Shown piece by piece: positions 17,869 through 27,182 of a DNA stretch of 41,287 bases. This DNA comes from Kiritimatiellia bacterium (GTDB taxonomy: Bacteria; Verrucomicrobiota; Kiritimatiellia; B70-G9): positions 1 through 41,287 of the forward strand of contig JAOZMZ010000008.1 of NCBI GenBank assembly GCA_029934055.1, read 5' to 3'. Every line of letters starts with the position of its first letter. The stretch's first letter is position 1. The notes under the pieces are model-generated. The model did not search any database, was not told the origin of the DNA, and saw nothing but the letters and a program-made list of their open reading frames with translations. A program made the position numbers and the translations under genes.

Positions 17869-18951
17869 TCAGCGGTCGAGGCGCAACTTGACGTGGCGGC
17901 GGGGAGCCGTTTCCGGAGCGGGCGGGGGCGGGGCCGGCGGACCGGACGGTGGTGGTGCCGGCTGCTTGGATTGTGGCGCGGGTGACGGCGGAGGTGCTGC
18001 CGGGGTTTTCTGAGGGGCGGAGCTGCGCATCAGGATCATACGTTCATTCATTTCCCGGTATGAATGCACCAGTTGGAGGTGAGTCTGTTGGAGTTCCGCA
18101 AGTTGGATGCGCGTTTGCTCGGCGTTTTCGCGGGCTTCCCGCAGGTCTTCTTCGAGGCGGCGGATACGGTTTTCGCTGTCACGGCACTGCTGGATTTTTT
18201 CGCGCGCCAGTTTTTCTATCTCGGCGGATCGGGCGTTGAGGTCGCGGAGCAGATTCTCATTCGTACGCCGCAGGCCCTCGTAAGCCTCGCGAAGAGCCGC
18301 GGAGTCTGATTCGCCCTGGGGAGCCTGCCCCGTGGGCGGGGGAACCGGGGGTTGTTGTTGGAGCGCCTGGAGGCGGCGGCGGAGTTCGGCGATTTCGGAA
18401 TGGGAGGAGCGTTGCTCTTCGTGAAGGGCGCGGACGGTCTCGGCCAGGCGCTCTTCGAGGTGTTCCCTTTCCCGGACTTCCTGTTCATGCAGGTGCCGCC
18501 ACTTCGTCACTTCGCGGCGCAAGGCGTCACGTTCCAGGGCGAGTTCCTTCCACCCGGGAGGAGCACCGGCAGGGGGCTGCTGATCCGGCTGGTTTTGTAC
18601 GGCATCCAGTTTTTCGAGGAGAATGCGGCAGAGCAGTTCGCCGGCGAGTTTCCTTTCGCGCGAAGTGCGGTGCAGGAGAACGGTGCCGAAGGCGAGGCTG
18701 CCGCGCTGCACCGCCTCGGCGGCGGCGGAGGCGTGAATCGGGCCGTAGAACGAACCGTCTTCGAGTTCCACGAGCCAGTTCATCTCCAGTTCCGGCAGTT
18801 CCGAGGCCGTCCGCCAGGTCCGGCGGTCGGGCGAGACTGTCTCGCCGGGGGCGATACGCCCTTCCGCGGCCCATGCCGCGAGAACGTCGAGGCTCACCGG
18901 TCCGTAGACCGAGCCATCACTTTTCTTGAGATACCAGGTCATTGTCTGCAT
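17869..18951 (-). CDS. Tandem GYF_2 (DUF4339)-like domains + long coiled coil + Pro-rich tail
   Basis: Repeats WYLKKSDGSVYGPVSL..W..EGRI and WLVELEDGSFYGPI; heptad-rich middle region. Confidence 0.8.
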   Translation of the reverse strand: MQTMTWYLKKSDGSVYGPVSLDVLAAWAAEGRIAPGETVSPDRRTWRTASELPELEMNWLVELEDGSFYGPIHASAAAEAVQRGSLAFGTVLLHRTSRERKLAGELLCRILLEKLDAVQNQPDQQPPAGAPPGWKELALERDALRREVTKWRHLHEQEVREREHLEERLAETVRALHEEQRSSHSEIAELRRRLQALQQQPPVPPPTGQAPQGESDSAALREAYEGLRRTNENLLRDLNARSAEIEKLAREKIQQCRDSENRIRRLEEDLREARENAEQTRIQLAELQQTHLQLVHSYREMNERMILMRSSAPQKTPAAPPPSPAPQSKQPAPPPSGPPAPPPPAPETAPRRHVKLRLDR

Positions 18952-18976
18952 AAGTCCATTGCGTGCGCGACGGGAT

Positions 18977-19558
18977 TCATTCGGGGATAAAGAGTTTCTG
19001 TCCGACGCGGAGGCGATCGGGATTGGGGATATCGTTGGCTTCCACGATGCTGCGCACTGTCACGCCGTAGGCGGCGGCTATTTCCGATAGGGTTTCACCC
19101 GCCTTGACGACATGCTCGTATCCGTAGTCCGAGCCCCGATTCACCCGACGGCCGGTGGGGGCACTGCCGGACTTGCGCAGTACCTCGGCGATCTTACGGC
19201 TGAGTTGGTCGATGATTGCCTGGCGATCGGCGGCGCGTTCTTTTTCGAGACGCGCGAGTGCTTTTTCCAGATCGGCAACGCGCTGTTCGAAGGCGGCGGC
19301 GGTGCGGCTGCGGTCGGCGGAGTTCGCGGCGGCCTGTTGCTGGAATTCCTGCTGGATGTTTTCGACTTCCGTTTCCATTGCATCCACGCGGGCGGCGAGG
19401 TGCTCGACTTTTTCCTGAAGCACGAGAATATCCTCGCGCGTTTGCATGGCGGCGCTTTTTCTTTGCTGGACGAGATTCGCGCAGCCGGAGCCTGAAAGGA
19501 GCACGGCGGCGATCAGGCCCAGGGCCAGTTGTGACGGACATGGCGGACGGGTTTTCAT
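18977..19558 (-). CDS. Lipoprotein with coiled coil and C-terminal LysM domain
   Basis: Signal peptide ending LLSGSGC; coiled coil; LysM HVVKAGETLSEIAAAYGV...NDI.NPDRLRVGQKLFIP. Confidence 0.92.
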   Translation of the reverse strand: MKTRPPCPSQLALGLIAAVLLSGSGCANLVQQRKSAAMQTREDILVLQEKVEHLAARVDAMETEVENIQQEFQQQAAANSADRSRTAAAFEQRVADLEKALARLEKERAADRQAIIDQLSRKIAEVLRKSGSAPTGRRVNRGSDYGYEHVVKAGETLSEIAAAYGVTVRSIVEANDIPNPDRLRVGQKLFIPE

Positions 19559-19632
19559 TGCCGGATGTGATTAACGCATGGAGCATTACTTCTCAAGCAA
19601 ATATTGCGATACGGCGGGCCGGGAGCTGTGAG

Positions 19633-19662
19633 TTGTTCTTTCAACCGGCGACCGGTTATGAT
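19633..19662 (+). promoter_or_regulatory. Putative promoter (TTGTTC-18-TATGAT) overlapped by inverted repeat AACCGG-CGA-CCGGTT
   Basis: Lies in the AT-richer divergent intergenic region; the palindrome at 19643-19657 sits in the spacer. Confidence 0.35.
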
Positions 19663-19717
19663 ATGTGAGGAAAATGCGTAGTGCTAGGAAGACAACCGTG
19701 ATTCGGAGAGGGTTCCT

Positions 19718-22700
19718 GTGAACGAATCCTATCGGCGGATGATTGCGGCGGCCATTTTCGCCGGTGTCCTGGTGCTGTACTTGATTACGCTTTCGCCGGG
19801 GGCGTTTCCCGGGGAATCGGCGGCACTGTTGGCACAGCACGCCGGTTTGGACCCCTTTCCCCCGATGTCGCACCAGGTATGGGGCTGGTTTGTCAAGATG
19901 CTGGCGATGGTGCCGGTGGGGGGACTGGCCTTCAAGGTCAATGTCTTCAGTGCGTTTTGCGGCGCGGCGGCGGTGGCGCTGATTTTCTATCTGGTGAGCC
20001 TGATACCGCATGATCGCATGCAGGAAGAGGCCGAAGCCCATTTTGATGCGGGGCGGGTGGGGCTGATAAGCGGTGCGGCGGCGGCGGTGTTCGCCGCAGT
20101 GAGCATACCGGTATGGATCGTTGGCACGCGCGCGCATCCGGCGGCGTTCGACGTGTTGCTGGGGCTGGTTTTTGTCGCCGTGGTCGTGCATGTCGGCCGG
20201 GGCGGCAAGACATGGTTGCTGTATCCGGCGGCATTGCTTTACGGGATCGGGACGACGGAATTCGCGACCTTGATAACGTGGGCTCCGGTTGCGGCGGTGG
20301 CGGTGCTGTTCGTATGCTGGCGGCGCGGGATGTTGCGGGCCGGTCCACTGCTGGGAATGCTCGGGTGCTACCTGGCCGGGCTCTCTTTGTATTTTCTGTT
20401 TGCGCGTCAGTACCAGGCCAGCGCGGCGTTCGGCTGGCGGGGGTTCCACACCTATTTCGAGGCGCTGTGGTTCGTCTGGCGCGAACAATACCGGGCGATA
20501 GCCAAGAGTGTGCCGCAGGTGGGCTGGTTGCTGGTCTTCATAGTGACGGTTCTGCCGGGAATCATCATTTTCGTACGCAAGCGCGGCGGCAACCGCGCCA
20601 CGGTGCGTGGGTCATACATGTTGAACGCGGTTCTGGCAGTAATCGGTCTGGCGGTTCTTTTCAATGCCAGGATAGCGCCGTGGTCGCTGCTGAAATGGCG
20701 CCCTTTGCTGGTGACTCCCTACATGGTGGCGGCCACGTGGATGGGTTATCTGGCCGGTTACTGGTACATCGTGATTTCGCAGCGAAGCCGCTTCGATACG
20801 CGTGTTCCGGCGGCCGTCAAGAGGGTCATGAGACCGTTGTATCTGCCGGGATTGGGTGTGGTCGTGCTTTTGGCGCTGGTGATGAACGGGCGCGTGGCCG
20901 ATGGGCGCCAGGCGGGGGCGATTATCCGGCTGGCCGACGAGATCGTTGCCGGGATGGGACCGGCGAAGTGGCTGGTGAGCGACGGCGCGCTGGATGACAA
21001 CATCGTGATTACGGCCCATGACCAAGGTAAGAACATCCGGCTCCTGAGCATGGCGCGGGCGGGTGCGTCTCCTTATCTCGACTACATATCCACGCTTTTC
21101 GATGATCCACGGTTGCAGGTAATGGCGCGGATCGGGGTGCGCCCCCTGTTGGGAGAATGGCTGCGGCGTGATCCCGGAGCCGCCGGGGATCTCATGGTGA
21201 TGGGCAATCCCGATCTCTGGCTTGCCAACGGGTATCAAGAATTGCCGCAACGTGTTCTTTACCGGGGAGTGCCGGACTACAAGGGGGTGGATGCGGCGGC
21301 GGTGTTCGAGTCGCACCTGTCTTTTTGGGAAACCGAGGGGCGGGCGTTGGCCGAGATGGCGCAGCGGCGGGGTTTGTTACAGGGCTGGTACCGTTGGGCG
21401 GCGCGCTACGTCAGCAAGGCCGCCGACAATTTGGGTTATGCGTTAGAGGAGATGGAGCGCCCCGGGCTGGCCTTCAGGGCTTACGCGGAGGCCCGCCGCA
21501 TCGACACCAACAACGTCAGTGCTCTCCTGAACATGCTGATGCTGGCCGATCGTGAAAAGATGCCGGAGGCCGCCAAGATTCAGGCAGAGTTCGACGGCTT
21601 CGTAAAGGGGCTCCGCTCCAAGCTCAAGATCTGGTCGCTGGCCTATCATTTCGGCTATGTGCGGCGGCCGGAGGCATTTCTCGATCGGGGTTTTGCGTGG
21701 GCGCTTTCCGGGAAACCCAACATGGCTATTGCGGATTTGGAGAATGCGGTGCGGTTGGGCGCGCGCGGGTCGCCGGTACAGCTTGCCTTGGCGACACTCT
21801 ATTTCCGGCAGAACCGCGTGGAGGAAAGCCGCAAGACGTATCTGGACGTGCTGCGCAAGGATCCGCACAACACGGCGGCGTTGCTGGGCTTGGCGCGGAT
21901 AGCGATGCGCAGAGGTGATTTCGACACCGCACGCAACTACCTCGATCGGCTGGCGGCGCTGAAGGTCCCGGCGGCGGTGATCCTGCTGGAGCGGGTGGCC
22001 TTGGAGTCCCTGGTAGGCAATCGGACTGAGGCCCGCAAGCTGCTCGAGAGCCTGGTCGAGAAGGATCCTGAGAACATGAAAGCCTGGGCGGCCTTGGCGG
22101 TGATGGCCCAGCAGGATGGCGACACCAAGACCGTGGACCGCTGTTTGGAGAAGATCAAGAAGAAGGGGGGCGGATACCCCAGTGTAAGGATGGCCTTGGC
22201 AGAACTCGCCCTGGGCCAGGGGGACTTCGATGCGGCGCGCGAGAATCTGCTGGCGCTGCTTAAGATCAGGCCCGACAACCGGCGGGCGCTGGAACTCATT
22301 CTGCAGATTGACATGCGTCAGGCCAACCGCGCGGACGCCGAGGAGCATGCCGAGCAGTTACTCAAGGTGGACCCGGAGAACGCGGTCGGCAACCTGGTCC
22401 TTGGTGGACTGCATCTTTTGCGGGAAGAATATGCGCTGGCGGAGGACTGTTTCCGGGTCAGTCTCGCCCAGCAGCGCACGGCGTGGGCGCTGAACGAGTT
22501 GGCGTGGGTTCTTCACAAGCAGGGACGCGATAAGGAGGCGTTGCCGATCGCCGAGGAGGCGGTACGGAAAGGACCCCGTAACGGCGCGGCCTGGGATACC
22601 CTGGGAGTGGTGGCCATGGAAACGGGGCATTATCAGCGGTCGCGGGAGGCGCTTGATCAGGCCATGTCCATGCGGCCCGGCAGTGCCGTGGTCACGCTTC

Positions 22701-22846
22701 ACATCGCGCGGCTGCTCGAAAAGCAGGGGCGGCGGGCGGAGGCCCTGCGCCTGGCGGAGTCGCTATTGCCGCGCGTGGCCGACATGCCGCCGGCGGCCTA
22801 TGAGGAAGTCCGTGATCTGGTCAAGCGAACCCGCGGGGCGCGCTGA
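19718..22846 (+). CDS. DUF2723/TMEM260-like GT-C membrane protein (degenerate motif) with long C-terminal TPR array
   Basis: N-terminus LYLITLSPGAFPGESAAL...PPMSHQVW...VNVFSAFCGA parallels DUF2723. About 12 TM segments, then many TPR repeats (DPHN..ALLGLA, DPEN, WDTLG). Confidence 0.8.
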   Translation: MNESYRRMIAAAIFAGVLVLYLITLSPGAFPGESAALLAQHAGLDPFPPMSHQVWGWFVKMLAMVPVGGLAFKVNVFSAFCGAAAVALIFYLVSLIPHDRMQEEAEAHFDAGRVGLISGAAAAVFAAVSIPVWIVGTRAHPAAFDVLLGLVFVAVVVHVGRGGKTWLLYPAALLYGIGTTEFATLITWAPVAAVAVLFVCWRRGMLRAGPLLGMLGCYLAGLSLYFLFARQYQASAAFGWRGFHTYFEALWFVWREQYRAIAKSVPQVGWLLVFIVTVLPGIIIFVRKRGGNRATVRGSYMLNAVLAVIGLAVLFNARIAPWSLLKWRPLLVTPYMVAATWMGYLAGYWYIVISQRSRFDTRVPAAVKRVMRPLYLPGLGVVVLLALVMNGRVADGRQAGAIIRLADEIVAGMGPAKWLVSDGALDDNIVITAHDQGKNIRLLSMARAGASPYLDYISTLFDDPRLQVMARIGVRPLLGEWLRRDPGAAGDLMVMGNPDLWLANGYQELPQRVLYRGVPDYKGVDAAAVFESHLSFWETEGRALAEMAQRRGLLQGWYRWAARYVSKAADNLGYALEEMERPGLAFRAYAEARRIDTNNVSALLNMLMLADREKMPEAAKIQAEFDGFVKGLRSKLKIWSLAYHFGYVRRPEAFLDRGFAWALSGKPNMAIADLENAVRLGARGSPVQLALATLYFRQNRVEESRKTYLDVLRKDPHNTAALLGLARIAMRRGDFDTARNYLDRLAALKVPAAVILLERVALESLVGNRTEARKLLESLVEKDPENMKAWAALAVMAQQDGDTKTVDRCLEKIKKKGGGYPSVRMALAELALGQGDFDAARENLLALLKIRPDNRRALELILQIDMRQANRADAEEHAEQLLKVDPENAVGNLVLGGLHLLREEYALAEDCFRVSLAQQRTAWALNELAWVLHKQGRDKEALPIAEEAVRKGPRNGAAWDTLGVVAMETGHYQRSREALDQAMSMRPGSAVVTLHIARLLEKQGRRAEALRLAESLLPRVADMPPAAYEEVRDLVKRTRGAR

Positions 22847-22938
22847 GTGACGGGTGCTGGCGGGTATTCTGCGGGTCGCTTTGCGGCCACAGAGCGGCAG
22901 GAAGACACCGCCTGCTGATATACAATTACGGGGGAACC

Positions 22939-23061
22939 ATGATCGGCCGGGCGGTCTTGGAAAGCCGTGCCGTGAGCCTGTATCTGATGCCGGCGCTGGC
23001 GGCCCTGGGGATGCTGCTGTTCTGGGTCCCGCGGGGAGGCTGGCGGCAGCCGGCGGCGGTT
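22939..23061 (+). pseudogene. Probable gene remnant or small membrane peptide (about 40 codons with one TM-like segment)
   Basis: TACAAT at 22921-22926 and a GGGGGA RBS precede the ATG. 36 of the first 40 codons end in G/C, then the bias collapses at 23059. Confidence 0.4.
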
Positions 23062-23117
23062 CTAGTTGTGCCATCTGGTTGCATGATGCGTAGCTGTGTT
23101 CACCGTTCGCTTCCCGT

Positions 23118-26090
23118 TCAGAGTCCCTGGATAGGCAGTTTGAAGTTGCTTTGGACCGGCGGCACGAGTTTTTGGAAAGCGGGATCGTTGCGGATTGGAT
23201 CGAAGCGGCGGTCTTTGCGGGCCGCGTCGCGCACCGGTTCCCCGCCGAGCTTGACGGCATGGGCCAGGGATGAAATCGCCTCGTTGCTGCGGCCCGCGGC
23301 GACCTGGGCGGCGGCGAGGTCCATCCATATCCGGGTGTTGCCGGGATCGCGGGCAAGGTACTTCTGCAGGGCCGCCGCCAGGCGCGGGAACTGCTTGGCA
23401 TCGGCGAAGATTTGGGCGACGCGCAGGCAGACCGACGGGGGCAGGTTGGTGTCGGAGAGGAGGCGGTCGGTGAGTTGGTTGAGCATCGGCTGCAGGTTGA
23501 GTTTACGGTAGAGATCGGCGAGCTCGAAAGCATCGTTGAGCGTGGCGCGTTTTTCGGCGAAGGCCTGTTCGAGTTCGCGCCGGCGGGTGTCGGCCGTTTC
23601 GGCGTTGACGATCTGCGAGAGGAAGTCACGCACCTTGTCGTTACCGGGATCCTGCTTGAGGAAGTCCTCCACCAGCCGGCGGGCGTCGGCGAAGCGGCGC
23701 TGCTGCATGTAGACATCGGCCAGGCGGAAATTGGCTTCCGGGCTGAGGGGGTAAAGGGCGATGGCCTGTTTGAAGGCGTATTCCGACTCGGCGAACATGT
23801 GCCTGGCGGCGTAGAGGCCGGCGATGGCGCTGCGTAGTTTCGAGAAGGTCTTGCGCGCGACCACGTCGCGCAGGAACTTCTTGTTGCCGAGGAGGCGCTT
23901 GCAGTACCAGTCCCAGAAATCGCGGTCGTTCTTGACCATTTCGGGGGTCAGCCGGGGGAGGGGTTCGCTGTTGAGTTTCATGATCAGGCCGTGCGGCTGG
24001 AGGTAGGGGTACATCCAGGGAATGACGTAGCTTTCTTCGACGTAGAAATCGTGGGTGGCCTTGTTGGCTTCGAAAATCATGCGGGCGAGAATGCCGTTGA
24101 TCATCATCACGCCCTGGACGCCTTGGACGCTGACGCGGCCGTTTTCGAAAGTAACCGCTGCGCCCGGGGGAATCCGGCCGGCACGGACGTCCTCGACGTA
24201 CTTCTTGAAGGCGAAGTTGCTGTCCTGCTGGGAGGGAATCCATATTTCGTCGCCGTAGAGATCGCGCATGACGTTCATATAGGTATTATCGGCGAGGGCG
24301 TTTTGGGTGATGAGATAGACATCGGGGCGGACCTTGGCGGAGTAGATCATGTAGGTCGGCACGAAGCGGCCGGGGTCGGTGCCGCCGAAGAAAATAGCAT
24401 TGGTACCCATTTCGGGCGGGTAATCGGGATTGGGGTAGGACTTGCGTTCTTCCGGGCTGATTTCTTCCAGGATGGCGTGGGCGCCGCGGAGTTCCCAGGC
24501 ACCGAACTGCCAGCCGAAGTCATGGCCGTTCTGCTCGGCGCCGCCGACGATGCGGATCTGTTCCTTGTCGTAGGCGTTCTGCCATACGAGCACAAGGGGC
24601 AGCAGGGCGACGACGGTCACGCCTGCCAGACGGGACACAGCCGGGATACGGCGGCCGAGGAAGGAGGTTTCCAGGATCGTGAGCGCGGAGATCAGTCCGT
24701 AACCGAGCCAGATCGCGAAGACGGCGTGGGACTGGATGAGCTGCACCCGTTGGATGAAGAGGGTTTGGATATCCAGCTTGGGGTTGAGGAAGATGATCAA
24801 CATGATGCTAAGGGAGAAGAAGGCCCAGAGCGTGGTCAGCAGCCAGTCGCGCATGCGGCGTTCGAGACGGAAGAGGAAAAGGAAAGGAACCAGGGCCACG
24901 GCGGCGATGGGGGCGGTGTACTGGCCGCGAAGGTCGTGGAAATAGGCACCGAGCTGTTGCATGAACTTGCCGGGATTGGCGAAGACGTTGGAGAGGGTGA
25001 CCTTTTCGTACTGTCCGCGGGTGATGGCGTGCTTGAACCCTTCCAGGGTGCGGGGGTAACCCCAGTTCATGGGGGGATTCTGTTCGGACGCGAAAGGCAT
25101 GTAGGCGTAGAAGGAGAGTCCCAGGGCGGTACAGGCGATGATCAGGAAGACGCGTTTCCACTCGGTCATGATCTTGCGTTCGATCAGGTAAAGGCCGACC
25201 GGCGAGAGGAGAAAAAGCACCGCGAGGGTCTCCGTAAAAAGACGGGTGCGGGCCGCCTGGGCGGCGGCGGGGCCCGTGGAGGGCAGCTGAGTTGCTTTCC
25301 AGAAGAGGTAAGCGGATACGGCCACGAAGCCGACGGCGATGCTGTCGCGGAAGAGGGCGCGGTCGCGGAACCAGATGGCGGCCAGCAACCCGATGGAAAT
25401 GAAGAGGAGGGTCTGGTGGTTGGTGAGTCCGAGACCGAAGATGAAGGCGGTGACGTAGAGGATCTTGTCGTCTTTGGGCCGGCACATCCAGCGGTAGGCC
25501 AGCAGGATGATGAGCATCAGGAAGAAGGCGTTGAGGCTGTAGACCTCCACGATGACCGACTGTGACCAGAGTACCGGGCTGAAAGCCAGGAGGAGCCCGG
25601 CGGTTACTCCACCGACCCAACAGATGAGACTTTCGGTGGAATAGCCGAGGACGGCCGTGACCCGCCGCATGCCGCGGAGCATGTCGGCGCCGGAACGGCT
25701 GACGAGCAGGGCCAAAATCCCGCAGGCCAGCGCACCGAAAAAGGCCGACATCAGCCCGACGGCCCAGGCGGGATTGGGATGGCCGTAATATCTGACCCAG
25801 TGGAATATCCACTGAAAGAACCAGGAAAGGAGCGTCCATATCGGGTAGCCCGGCGGATGAGGCACGCCGAGGTAATCCGAGGCGACGGCGAGTTCGCCGG
25901 AATCCTCAAGGGTGACGGTGGGTGCGAGGGTGTAACAGTAGACCGCGAATGAAATCAGGAAAGTCGTCCAGAAGGCGCCCCAGTCCACGCGCCGGAAGAA
26001 GGCCCCGGCCTGGTGGTCGAAGAACGATTCCCGGGTCGGCACGCCGGGTGCGTTCTCGTCGCTGGGAGAAGTGTTTTTCCCTTTTGCCAT
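23118..26090 (-). CDS. DUF2723/TMEM260-like protein O-mannosyltransferase (GT-C) with C-terminal TPRs
   Basis: Canonical APTVTLEDSGELAVASDYLGVPHPPGYP, WSQSVIVEVYSLN and GLGLTNH motifs. Start moved to ATG 26090 (GGAG RBS). Confidence 0.9.
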   Translation of the reverse strand: MAKGKNTSPSDENAPGVPTRESFFDHQAGAFFRRVDWGAFWTTFLISFAVYCYTLAPTVTLEDSGELAVASDYLGVPHPPGYPIWTLLSWFFQWIFHWVRYYGHPNPAWAVGLMSAFFGALACGILALLVSRSGADMLRGMRRVTAVLGYSTESLICWVGGVTAGLLLAFSPVLWSQSVIVEVYSLNAFFLMLIILLAYRWMCRPKDDKILYVTAFIFGLGLTNHQTLLFISIGLLAAIWFRDRALFRDSIAVGFVAVSAYLFWKATQLPSTGPAAAQAARTRLFTETLAVLFLLSPVGLYLIERKIMTEWKRVFLIIACTALGLSFYAYMPFASEQNPPMNWGYPRTLEGFKHAITRGQYEKVTLSNVFANPGKFMQQLGAYFHDLRGQYTAPIAAVALVPFLFLFRLERRMRDWLLTTLWAFFSLSIMLIIFLNPKLDIQTLFIQRVQLIQSHAVFAIWLGYGLISALTILETSFLGRRIPAVSRLAGVTVVALLPLVLVWQNAYDKEQIRIVGGAEQNGHDFGWQFGAWELRGAHAILEEISPEERKSYPNPDYPPEMGTNAIFFGGTDPGRFVPTYMIYSAKVRPDVYLITQNALADNTYMNVMRDLYGDEIWIPSQQDSNFAFKKYVEDVRAGRIPPGAAVTFENGRVSVQGVQGVMMINGILARMIFEANKATHDFYVEESYVIPWMYPYLQPHGLIMKLNSEPLPRLTPEMVKNDRDFWDWYCKRLLGNKKFLRDVVARKTFSKLRSAIAGLYAARHMFAESEYAFKQAIALYPLSPEANFRLADVYMQQRRFADARRLVEDFLKQDPGNDKVRDFLSQIVNAETADTRRRELEQAFAEKRATLNDAFELADLYRKLNLQPMLNQLTDRLLSDTNLPPSVCLRVAQIFADAKQFPRLAAALQKYLARDPGNTRIWMDLAAAQVAAGRSNEAISSLAHAVKLGGEPVRDAARKDRRFDPIRNDPAFQKLVPPVQSNFKLPIQGL

Positions 26091-26267
26091 TTTGTAAACG
26101 TCTCCAGCCGAGTTTATGACCGGCGCCGGGAGGCGGCGTTCGAGATCAACCGCGACAAATTTTTCGCCCGTACGTCCAGGTGGGGCGCACGGGAATACCA
26201 TCCCGGCCAGAATCGGGAGAGACTATTGGGCAAGCGCGTCGGATAGTCAAGCGTGCGGGCGCGCTTT

Positions 26268-27182
26268 TCAGCGGAAACGCAGAAACATCACGATCGCGAG
26301 GATGCTCAGCCCGTACAGGAAGAGGTTGACAAGGATCGGGCCGTCACTGAGGAGAATGCGTTCAGGGCGGTCGCCCTTGGCGTGACGGTAGACGAGGTCG
26401 AGATAGCGGAAGATGCCGAAAACGACAAAGGGGATGGTCAATCCGAGCAGATGCGTGCCGAACTTGGCGACGGTGTCGGGCCAGAGCGTATAAAGCGAGT
26501 AGGAGACGACGGTGACCGCGCTGATGACGGCGATGAGCTGATCGAGGAGGCGGGGATCGTATTTTTCGAGGGTGGGGCGGGTAGCGCCCGGCAGATGGTT
26601 GAGTTCGACTTTTTCATGGCGGCGCTTGCAGACGGCCAGGAAGAGTGCCAGCCAGAAGGTGCACAGCAACAGCCAGGGCGAGATGCCGACGGAAACGGCG
26701 ACTGCACCGGCGGTCGCCCGCAGGACGAAGCCGAAGGCTATCACCAGCAGGTCCACCAGGGCGACGTTCTTCATGGCGAAGATGTAGAGTATTTGCAGCA
26801 GCACATAGGCGGCCAGTACGGCTGTCAGGGCGCGATTCACGTAAAGCGAGGCGGCCATGGACCCGGCGATGAGGAGAACGGCGAAGGTGACGGCCGTGGC
26901 AGGCGGGAGCAGGCCGGCGGCGACGGGCCGCAGGCGCTTGATGGGGTGAGCCCGGTCGAGATCGGCGTCGCGCACGTCATTGATGAGATAGATGCCGCTG
27001 GAGGTCGTGCAGAAGAGAATGGCGGCGGCGATGACGCGCCAGAGGTTGGTCAGGGGCACCTGCTGGGTACGGTCGCCGAGCGCGAAGATGAACGCCGCCA
27101 GTACTACGGCGTTTTTCGTCCACTGTGCGGGGCGCATGGCGGCGATAAGTGGGTGGCGCAGAGGCGCGGTGGAGGAGTTCAT
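26268..27182 (-). CDS. UbiA-family decaprenyl-phosphate phosphoribosyltransferase (DPPR synthase-like)
   Basis: MRPAQWTKN, YLINDVRD..DRAHPIKRLRPVAAG, GFVLRATAGA and FLAVCKRRHE motifs. Start 27182 has an ATGA overlap with ppm1. Confidence 0.9.
   Translation of the reverse strand: MNSSTAPLRHPLIAAMRPAQWTKNAVVLAAFIFALGDRTQQVPLTNLWRVIAAAILFCTTSSGIYLINDVRDADLDRAHPIKRLRPVAAGLLPPATAVTFAVLLIAGSMAASLYVNRALTAVLAAYVLLQILYIFAMKNVALVDLLVIAFGFVLRATAGAVAVSVGISPWLLLCTFWLALFLAVCKRRHEKVELNHLPGATRPTLEKYDPRLLDQLIAVISAVTVVSYSLYTLWPDTVAKFGTHLLGLTIPFVVFGIFRYLDLVYRHAKGDRPERILLSDGPILVNLFLYGLSILAIVMFLRFR

Noticed and set aside
23062-23511. Remainder of the 190-aa ORF 22939..23511
   Set aside because: Codon bias is lost and it runs antisense into the DUF2723 gene.
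23991-25565. 524-aa plus-strand ORF
   Set aside because: Antisense shadow of the DUF2723 gene with no recognisable domain.
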